Positions 19,501 to 26,900 of a DNA stretch of 50,035 bases are shown here, piece by piece. Positions within the stretch are counted from its first letter, which is position 1, and each line of letters starts with the position of its first letter. Both the position numbers and the translations under genes were made by a program. Below the pieces are notes generated by a model. It did not search any database and was not told the DNA's origin. It was given only the letters and a program-made list of their open reading frames with translations. The stretch comes from a virus, in IMG/VR virus record IMGVR_UViG_3300022542_000276; one strand, given 5' to 3'.

Positions 19501-19604
19501 CATACCTTAATCACATATGGAGTTTTGAAAAAAGTGATTGGAATGAAAAGTTTGTAGAGCAAAAAGATAAATACGTTAAAGTTAACAAATGTGAATGTAA
19601 ATAG
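16581..19604 (+). CDS. Tail fibre/spike: WTDNSTDR repeats, PT linker, RCC1-like propeller, BNR/Asp-box propeller
   Basis: RCC1-like 'G(E/K)LW(G/I)WG' blades occur at least 6 times (MFTWGQN, ELWGWGN, KLWIWGM, ELWAAGQ, NIWGWSY, YLYTWGR). Asp-box 'S-x-(D/N)-x-G-x-(S/T)-W' occurs 4 times (STDFGVTF, SINNGVSW, SENDGVSW, SSNKGANW). Confidence 0.7.
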   Translation: MSRLWTDNSTDRVWTDNSTDRLWNDSTFTTASPTTLATTVAPTTIVTTVAPTTLPPTTILPPTTSPPTTLVPTTLGPTTVGPSTAVPTVGPTTIAPEPKHGYALVRNGWCEDGFKRCKWSSLGRTMASQSSNAIDERGRMFTWGQNYYSQSGQGLGIPAGELSQIEYATQIGAESNWVKAESGELSTIAINKDGELWGWGNADNDCEPFGLPPFSGDNGDARFYYPRMVTPGYVWKDFTHDYYHTMAIDENDKLWIWGMNYDECFGMRGVPIPYNNGSATPIQHTYLTDDVKLIDCELLGNVVVTTNDKVYVFGEGFYTFFGFPDLKEPREITGLIIPLGETITEITSSNMGITALLSNGELWAAGQSYIFGDNRTAYPAGSDTFVKIPFFIGKEVVKVRNTSLGATSMFVIDANGNIWGWSYTTQFYPGNSLPIPASYNEFMLVASEYEGQYKWIDMINNEHQQCYQTIDKNGYLYTWGRQWWGPHLALGAAYDQSAADDDPNITDIVKARLYAGKAARALDYKQEFTTLNTIPVGESNYIQPLDQDKRHKPCGHWHKRLFEEEVEYPVNCWMPSLAVHNELIFFVASGKHQQLHIADTGSEVLFFTYNIDTGVWEWLLYEQNINASNFPGGAAIDIDIYAFFNYKADISGDRLNEIFTNPAMGIWVLHNDILKYTEWTDNIPMSGQNKLGVHSTGLVALAYTNTAGQVLIKVSTDFGVTFSNVKTLPTLSARKDYSLIVDPNGYIYLAHQISTTSIKIERSINNGVSWTTQIVSNYIMPNITKVKLISDNAMLFLICASETATAIERSENDGVSWTTSGAGEPGSSIVGSVCNISDGDDNYAIVLVDGDTIEYKTFPSGEQYTVYGTMYNYIWDFNYGDYTWLERDIAHLSVDSENMDISVQESNSTLEGYNGRFAYSSYGFFSAPDNHVAIVISSNKGANWQVISVPLGYNNENEISDFKGCPLFCIKDIPYLNHIWSFEKSDWNEKFVEQKDKYVKVNKCECK
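16665..16874 (+). repeat. Coding PTT-type Pro/Thr repeat array (70 aa)
   Basis: Residues 29-98 of the fibre: 'TTASPTTLATTVAPTTIVTTVAPTTLPPTT...GPTTIAPEP'. Confidence 0.9.
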
Positions 19605-19626
19605 ATCGTTTAATTATTAAACAATA
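19602..19626. repeat. 25-nt dyad element, copy 8 (degenerate right arm)
   Basis: agatcgtttaattattaaacaatat. Begins in the fibre stop codon and is followed by 'ggagacaaact' and ATG 19639. Confidence 0.8.
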
Positions 19627-19638
19627 TGGAGACAAACT

Positions 19639-20070
19639 ATGGCATCTCAAACGGCTAACAACTACAAAGAACTTTTAGCTAAAAAAGTTATCGACTATGC
19701 AGCTGATGTATTTAAGATCATCTTAATGGAACCTGGATTTGCCTTCAGCAGATCCGCTCATGAAATATATTCTGACATATCAGCCTTCGAATTACCTACC
19801 GCACTAGGCTATACCGTAGGTGGAGCAACCTTAGCTGGAATAACTATCACAAACGATGCAGTTTTAGCAGCTGCTATCATGGATTGGAATAACGTAGCAT
19901 GGCCCATCTCAGGTGGAGACTTACAGGCTAGTGGCGCTATCATATATGACTTTACTGTAGCTGCACCTGACATTAAACCACTAATTGGCTACATAGACTT
20001 CGGTGGCACTATGACGACATACAACAGCGGAACATTTACAGTAGCTAACATTGCAGTAGGGCATAAATAA
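19639..20070 (+). CDS. Hypothetical virion-arm protein
   Basis: 143-aa ORF with a GGAG SD. Confidence 0.6.
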   Translation: MASQTANNYKELLAKKVIDYAADVFKIILMEPGFAFSRSAHEIYSDISAFELPTALGYTVGGATLAGITITNDAVLAAAIMDWNNVAWPISGGDLQASGAIIYDFTVAAPDIKPLIGYIDFGGTMTTYNSGTFTVANIAVGHK

Positions 20071-20081
20071 GGAGATAAACT

Positions 20082-20255
20082 ATGAGTACATCTCCTCCTA
20101 CTACACTATCACCAACTACGTTAGCGCCAACAACTTTGGCTCCTACTACACTTGCACCTACTACTCTAACTCCTACTACCACTCCACCTACATCATTAGC
20201 ACCAACTACAACTTTAACAACCCTTACACCTACTACCCCTAGTCCACGAAATCCA
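20082..20255 (+). repeat. Coding APTTL Pro/Thr repeat array
   Basis: Residues 1-58 of the 20082..21347 product. The antisense ORF 20045..20281 is a by-product. Confidence 0.9.
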
Positions 20256-21347
20256 CTTAATGACAAGACATTTAATTGCAAAGCTGATAACTATGCAGGT
20301 GTATTATTTGTAGATACTTACATTGAGGGTGTAGCAGCTAGTCCTTCATATGGATTAACTGATTTGGAATTAGTTGTAGAAACTACAATATCTGGTAATG
20401 TACCAACTTCTGCACTATATATTTTAGAAGACCTAGCACTTATAGTAGACACTTACATAACTGGATGGGCAGTTGCTAATGATGAAAGAAGTAACTGGGT
20501 CGGTTGGAGTAAGATTGGCGAAGCTGACTTTACAATAGATATGGTTAACGATGCTGGATTCAAGACACTTGAATGGTCAGGCTATATATACAATGTATTG
20601 AAGTTAGATAAAAACATAGTTATATATGGAAGTGGAGGAATAACCTTAGCATTTCCAGTGTCTGAACCAATAGCTACTTTTGGTTTCAAACCTTTATTAA
20701 ACATAGGTATTAAGAATAAAACTGCTGTAACCGGTGATGAGTTTGTACACTTTTTCATAGACACCCTTGGACACCTTTACAAACTATCATCTGAAGGATT
20801 GGAAAAGTTAGGTTATGAAGAATTCTTACTACCACTAATCAATCCTGTCCTCACATGGGATGCTGCTGAGAGAAGACTATATATTAGTTCAGCTTCAGTA
20901 GGCTACATATTCAACGAGGGATCATTAACAGGTGGATACACTAACTTGACAGGACTTTACAGAATAAAAGATAACATAGAAGCTATCTCACCTGAGACGG
21001 TCATAGCTGATGCAGTCGAACTAGTCACCGACATTATAGACTTTAGACGTAGAGGAATGAAGTCTATCGAATCGCTACAGTTTGACGTTACATCAGATGT
21101 TGATATCTACGTAGCTATTGACTACAGATATAGAAAAAATGAAGAATTCCAAACTACTAATTGGTCTCCTCTAAATGACTCAGGTGTAGCACATATAAGA
21201 GCTTCAGGAACTGAATTTAGGATCAGATGCAAAGGACTCAAGTATGGCACCTTTGATCTTTCATACATTAGTGTACAATACAAGTTCATTGATCAAAGAT
21301 TCTCAAGGGACCCAAATAATAGAAGAGGTGGACTAGATGATTATTAA
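20082..21347 (+). CDS. Virion-arm protein with an N-terminal PT array
   Basis: 421 aa. The first 58 aa are 'MSTSPPTTLSPTTLAPTTLAPTTLAPTTLTPTT...'. Confidence 0.6.
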   Translation: MSTSPPTTLSPTTLAPTTLAPTTLAPTTLTPTTTPPTSLAPTTTLTTLTPTTPSPRNPLNDKTFNCKADNYAGVLFVDTYIEGVAASPSYGLTDLELVVETTISGNVPTSALYILEDLALIVDTYITGWAVANDERSNWVGWSKIGEADFTIDMVNDAGFKTLEWSGYIYNVLKLDKNIVIYGSGGITLAFPVSEPIATFGFKPLLNIGIKNKTAVTGDEFVHFFIDTLGHLYKLSSEGLEKLGYEEFLLPLINPVLTWDAAERRLYISSASVGYIFNEGSLTGGYTNLTGLYRIKDNIEAISPETVIADAVELVTDIIDFRRRGMKSIESLQFDVTSDVDIYVAIDYRYRKNEEFQTTNWSPLNDSGVAHIRASGTEFRIRCKGLKYGTFDLSYISVQYKFIDQRFSRDPNNRRGGLDDY

Positions 21348-21780
21348 ACTTCAACCAGACCAAGTAACACTATTCTGGGATATGATAAGGGCAAGTATGA
21401 TAGCATCTAATGATGTACCTAGAAAGTACCAACAAGACTATTCAATAAACATTTTGACTAAATTCCTATCTGGAAAATTACAAGCTTGGATTGGGTATAA
21501 AATAGATAAAGAAGGTAACAAACTAATCCATGTTTTACTTGTGTCTAGTATTATAGATGAAAAACACTATGGAGTCAAAGCTCTAAATGCCGAAGCAGTC
21601 TATGGCTTCAGGCCATTAGATGAAGAACTAATAAATGAAATATATCTTAAAATGGTAGAATTTGCCAAAGCCAATAAATGCAATGTAATGACTGCAGATT
21701 ATTCTATTGATAGAGTCAAGGAGATCTTATTAAATGTTGGATTTGAAAAGCATAGAACTATATGTAAAAAGTTTTTATAG
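21337..21780 (+). CDS. Hypothetical protein
   Basis: 147-aa ORF overlapping the upstream gene by 11 nt. Confidence 0.55.
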   Translation: MIIKLQPDQVTLFWDMIRASMIASNDVPRKYQQDYSINILTKFLSGKLQAWIGYKIDKEGNKLIHVLLVSSIIDEKHYGVKALNAEAVYGFRPLDEELINEIYLKMVEFAKANKCNVMTADYSIDRVKEILLNVGFEKHRTICKKFL

Positions 21781-21792
21781 AAGGAGTTAAGT

Positions 21793-22695
21793 ATGGGAAA
21801 AGGTGGTGGAACAAGTTCAGGAGAAGTAAGATACGCTCCATATCTTGAAGCGGCACATAGTAAATTACTAGATCATCAAGGATCAGATAATCCAGTTATG
21901 AGTTTCATGGAGGCTTTTAATGATATAATAAACAACTCACCATATTCAGAATATGACCAAATAGATGTAAATGAAGGATACTTCGGTATCAGGACTGATG
22001 ATCCAAGTCTCACATATGAACCTAAGAATTACCCATCCCTATGGGATATGTTTGGAAAGTTTATGGGTGGATTAGATATACATGATCTATGGAGTATGAT
22101 TTATTCAGATGTAATACAAGGACCTGAGATAGAAAATGCTGTTAGTGCACAATCTGCATTATTACAAGATGATATAGACACTACTATCATGCCTAAGTTT
22201 TTAGGTGGCATGAGAGACATCAATTCAGTACAAGGCACTGCTTTTATTGTAGGAAAGGGAATTATACAATCAACACATATTAAAGCCATTAATAAATTTT
22301 CTTCCGCAATTAGAATCAGAGCATTAGATATATCAAATGAGCAGTGGAATAGTCATCTAAAGTGGAATCATTCTGTAGTTGGAGCTTACTCAGAAATATT
22401 TAAACTATACTATGCATCTAAGATAGACATGGATAGAGCTAACTTAGAATATCAGTCTAAAAACCTTATGTGGGATATAAACTTATTTGAAAATGCTAGA
22501 GCAATCCTAGGTGCAATGAGTGGGAGTGCAGCTACTAAATCACAGAATGAACCAAGCCAGGGACAGAAAGCTGTAGGTGGAGCAATGGCTGGTGGAGCAG
22601 CTGGATGGATGGTTGGAGCTGAAATAGGAGCTGTTGGTGGTCCAGTTGGAGCAGCTATAGGAGCTGTAATTGGACTTGGTGCTTCATTTTTATAA
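21793..22695 (+). CDS. Putative internal virion protein with a C-terminal glycine-zipper membrane segment
   Basis: 300 aa. The C-terminus is 'GGAMAGGAAGWMVGAEIGAVGGPVGAAIGAVIGLGASFL'. Confidence 0.45.
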   Translation: MGKGGGTSSGEVRYAPYLEAAHSKLLDHQGSDNPVMSFMEAFNDIINNSPYSEYDQIDVNEGYFGIRTDDPSLTYEPKNYPSLWDMFGKFMGGLDIHDLWSMIYSDVIQGPEIENAVSAQSALLQDDIDTTIMPKFLGGMRDINSVQGTAFIVGKGIIQSTHIKAINKFSSAIRIRALDISNEQWNSHLKWNHSVVGAYSEIFKLYYASKIDMDRANLEYQSKNLMWDINLFENARAILGAMSGSAATKSQNEPSQGQKAVGGAMAGGAAGWMVGAEIGAVGGPVGAAIGAVIGLGASFL

Positions 22696-22696
22696 C

Positions 22697-22721
22697 AGAC
22701 CATTTAATAATTAAACGATCT
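22697..22721. repeat. 25-nt dyad element, copy 9
   Basis: agaccatttaataattaaacgatct, followed by 'taaacaggagaatttaaa' and ATG 22740. Confidence 0.9.
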
Positions 22722-22739
22722 TAAACAGGAGAATTTAAA

Positions 22740-23126
22740 ATGCCGATTAATCCTAATTTACTACTTCAATACTTATCAGGAGCTGGGAGTGCATTAGCAC
22801 AAGGACAACCAATAGCACCTGCTTTAGGTCAAATTACTCAGCAGAATATAACTGCACAAAGCTATGCTGGACTATTGCAGAGAATCCTAGGTGGTGGTGG
22901 AAAGATGACCTTAGACAAGGATAAGTTTAATCTAACCGGAACACCTGATTTACTTAGTCCTCAAGACACACCTCAACTACCAGGAGATCAACTTATTCCA
23001 GGAGGTGGTGCTCCAGTAGTTAGCCCTGTTACAGCAGCACCTATTCCAACTCAAACTGGTGCTGGTGCTGGTGCTGGTCTAGGAGGAAACCTCGGTTTCT
23101 TACAAGCACTCTTAAACCCTCAATAA
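22740..23126 (+). CDS. Hypothetical Gly/Pro/Gln-rich protein
   Basis: 128-aa ORF with a GAGAGAG stretch near the C-terminus. Confidence 0.5.
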   Translation: MPINPNLLLQYLSGAGSALAQGQPIAPALGQITQQNITAQSYAGLLQRILGGGGKMTLDKDKFNLTGTPDLLSPQDTPQLPGDQLIPGGGAPVVSPVTAAPIPTQTGAGAGAGLGGNLGFLQALLNPQ

Positions 23127-23165
23127 GCCCTCTAGGTAACCTTTCAGCGAGCGACCTAGCAGGGC
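23127..23165 (+). other. GC-rich hairpin between two virion-arm genes
   Basis: gccct(c)taggt ... acctag(c)agggc gives 11 bp with one bulge and a 16-nt loop. No U-tract follows. Confidence 0.4.
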
Positions 23166-23176
23166 TAACACCAGAA

Positions 23177-23905
23177 ATGATCAGCAGCGCGCTACAAATA
23201 GGACAAACTCAACAACAGATTAGACAGAAAAGACTAACAGATGTTGTTGATACAGTTTATAAAAAAGCTTTAATTGAAAATATGGGAATGACTGCGGCTA
23301 CCGCTAAACTCAAAGCAGAGACTGCTTTAGCTAAATCACTAAGAAAATCACCACTTGAAGTCCCTGGCAGAGGATTAGTTACACTAGACGAATGGAGAAC
23401 TTTAGATACAAAAACTAAAGCTTATTCATACTACGCCTTTGATGCTCAACGTAGGGATGAAGAAGTAATCTCTTATAATGAGTGGAGCAAACAGACTGAC
23501 ACACCAACTGCATTTGATCTTTATAAATTAGCCGAAGACGATCCAGAATTCAATGAGTGGTTGACTAAGTATAGAAGAGCAGGTGCTATTAGTATAGGAC
23601 AAACAGTTGAAAGGGCTAGGGCATTAGCTGATGTTAAGGCTGAAAAATATCTTACAGATCCCAAAGGATTATCTAAAGACATTAATAAATATAAAAATTC
23701 AAATGTCTTTCGGGATATAATGCTTCAGATTGATGATCCGGTAGAGGGTCAAAGAAAGTCAGAAGAATTAATTATAGACTTTGTTGATGATAAGATTAAA
23801 GTTACTGGTGGTAAGATATTGAAAAGTGGATATGATGGAGATGATCTTGTTTGGATAGTTAAGACAAAGACTGGTGAAACTGTAGAAATTAGACGTCCGA
23901 GGTAA
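23177..23905 (+). CDS. Hypothetical virion-arm protein
   Basis: 242-aa ORF. Its frame is open upstream to 23024 without a start codon. Confidence 0.5.
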   Translation: MISSALQIGQTQQQIRQKRLTDVVDTVYKKALIENMGMTAATAKLKAETALAKSLRKSPLEVPGRGLVTLDEWRTLDTKTKAYSYYAFDAQRRDEEVISYNEWSKQTDTPTAFDLYKLAEDDPEFNEWLTKYRRAGAISIGQTVERARALADVKAEKYLTDPKGLSKDINKYKNSNVFRDIMLQIDDPVEGQRKSEELIIDFVDDKIKVTGGKILKSGYDGDDLVWIVKTKTGETVEIRRPR

Positions 23906-23907
23906 CT

Positions 23908-26900
23908 ATGAGTAAATCATTGTTAGATATAGAACTAGTATCGTTTGAATCTGAAGGTCAGACTAAACAAGATAGTTTATTAGATATAGATCTTGTACCG
24001 TTTGGTGGGAAAGATATAAGTACTATAGATCCAGACTTAGATATAAAACTTATACCTTTTGGTACAGAAGAGCCTAAACTTGGTATACAAAAACCTATGA
24101 TTGAAGAACCTATAATCAAAAGAGAACCGTTTAGTAAACTTACAGAAGACTTTTATTCTAGAATACTTAACACACAAAGTTCTGAAGATAGAAAGAAGTT
24201 AGGTGTAGATGACACTGGAAGACCGATCGAAGATGAAGGATTTATAAGTAAAACTGGCAAATCCTTCAGTGATACTTTTAGACAATTAAGAGTGTTAAAA
24301 GGTAGACCTGATATAGTATTTCAAGGCTTAGCAGACTTTACTTTAAGTATACCTGGATTTGCAGTTGGAATAATAGATGCAGGAGTCAGTACTTCAAAGG
24401 AATTAGTAGATCAAATAGTGTTAGGTAATGAAATTAACTTGGAAGAAGTCTACAATTCGGCCGCTGAAGGTATGCAAAGAAGTATGGAGTTCTTTGAACC
24501 TGGTAAGGAGATGATATTAGGTAAGGTGCCTGAAGAATCACGATTAATAGGTGAAGTGGCTATGGCACCTATGACTGCACTAAGTATGACAGGACATAAA
24601 ATTGCAGATTGGGAAGGATTTAAAGATTATCCTAATATTCGTGGTGCAGCAAGGTTTGCTGGGGATATAGCTGGAATCGGCGCTATGGGATTCATAATGC
24701 ATGGACCGAGTGGAAAAGGTAAACTTGGAAGGGATATAGAAGAAGTTGTCACAGCTGCTGAACAAGTAGCAGTCAAGGAAAGTAGACTAGCCGAAATACC
24801 TAATGAAATAGCAAAACAAGCAATGGCTAAGGTATTGGAAATAGAGAAAATACAATTAGAGTTAAAAGCTAAAGATATAGCAGATAGTATTAGCAAAGAT
24901 GCAGTAATTAGAGAAGAGTTATTAGTGCAGAGTGAAAGATTAGCAAGGGAAAAGATGTTACCAGTCACAGGTAAGCCAGAAGCTACTTTTGTAAGTAAGA
25001 AAGGAAATGTTTACAATAAAGTTGATGGTATCTGGTATGATGAAGCAGGAAAGAAAGTAACTAATACTTTTAAACTTAAGGCTATTGAAAAGGGAGTTAA
25101 GGAGAAAGTTGTTGAACCTGTTGAGCCAAAAGAAGTTGTCGAACCAGATCGTTTAAAAATTGAACGACCTGAAGCAAAGATTACAAAACTTCCAGTCAAA
25201 CGTAAACTAAAAGCTGGTGATAGGGTAATAGTTTATGGTGAAGGGATTCCAGAAAGGATAATGGACTTTGCTGATGAATATGGTTTCTGGGATAAGCAGA
25301 ATGTGTATCCTGAAAAGATAAAAGAGTATGTAAGGAAGAGCTATGGTAAAGAAGGATTGAGGGAATATAATAAGATATTGTTAGATTTTGAAGATCCTGT
25401 TGCTGCATTGAGTAGATTTTTTAAGGATAAAGATATTATTGAGCCTAAAAAGCAGTTGGAGGTTGTTCCAGAACCAGATCGTTTAAAGATTGAACGACCT
25501 AAACCAACTGAATTAGTCGAACCTATAACCGAAATCGATCAGTCCACAGGCTCCCGCTTGCCTAACATCGAAGGTGAGAAAAGTCCTTTCTTTCAAGATT
25601 CTACAAAGACTACTCAAATGGCTGAGACATTCACTGAACGTGCTACCGCTGTGAGTGAAAGTGTAGAAATGTTCACACAGAAAATAATCAATGATGTGAA
25701 TCAGTGGTATCATAAGTTAAATGAAATAGATATAGAATCTGCTAGGGAAGGACTAAGTGAGTTAGCCTCCAGGGCTGATGAACTAAGAGGTGAATTCATA
25801 ACAGGGGCCGACCATGCAGTGTGGAAGGAAACTATATCAGAAGCTGCCACCTGGGCTAGGAGGTTAGATAGAAAAGTTATAAAGACAATATCTGAAAAGG
25901 AATACATAGATAAATTTAAAACTGTGTGGGATGAGTATGAGATAGAAATAGAAGCTACAAATAGAGGTATCAAGCCAGCATTTTATTATGCTACGAAAGA
26001 CCAAAAAATTATAGATTATGCTAAGTCAAAGGGATTAAAAGTTATAGAAGACATTACTCCTAGTGGTGACTTTATAGCTATAAAAGATAACATATTAGGT
26101 AATATAGTGGCTAATAAACTTATTGAATTATCGAAGAGAAGGAAAGAGATATTTAAAACAAGAGATATTGAAATTATAGATAAATGGAATGAAGAGTTTA
26201 GTGAAGCCTTAGGATATGATAAAGAACTATCCCAAAATATAAGGGATATTAGTGGGATGGGTCCCAGAGATTTAGAGGCTAAGAGAATACATAGTTATAT
26301 ACAGAAATTAGACCGTTTGGAAATTAAACGAACTGGAGAAGTAGTCAAAGAACTAACCAGGCAAGAGAAGATAGATAAGTTAATGAAAACTTTTGAGTCA
26401 GAAGGATTCAAACTTACAACTGGAATCGACCCAGTTAAGGGCATCAAAGCCCTAATTGAAGGTGCCAAGGAAACAATTGACTATGTTAAAGAATCTAGAG
26501 AACTAAAAAAATTCAAGCCTAAAGCAGCTATAAAAAACACTTATGAGGAATTAGTTAGATCTGGACTAGACGTATCAGGAAATATTAGAACCGAGTTTTT
26601 AGACAAGTTAGGAGATGAAGGATATAGGATAATACAAGCTATGTATTTAAGCAAAGGTGCTCATCCTAGAGTGACCGGTCTAATAAATCAGATGAGTAAG
26701 GAAGTATATAGTGGATTGAATAGAAATGAAAGACGGATATTAGATACTTTAGTATTAACTAGTCGAATGGTTGCTATAGCGAAAACCCCTTCAGGTGTTG
26801 GATTTAAGTATCCAAAGAAACTAACTCCAGAAAAGTCAGTTGTATACAGTGAACTGTTTGGTGAGATAGAAAAAATATCTCCAGAACGAACTGCAGTTAT

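Noticed and set aside
23024-23177. A possible programmed -1 frameshift joining 22740..23126 to 23177..23905, like the G/GT chaperones upstream of a tape-measure-like gene.
   Set aside because: The downstream frame is indeed open from 23024 and is in the -1 phase. However, I found no X XXY YYZ slippery heptamer in the 23024-23126 overlap, and 23177 has its own ATG. The GC-rich hairpin at 23127-23165 lies after, not within, the overlap. The idea remains untested but is unsupported.
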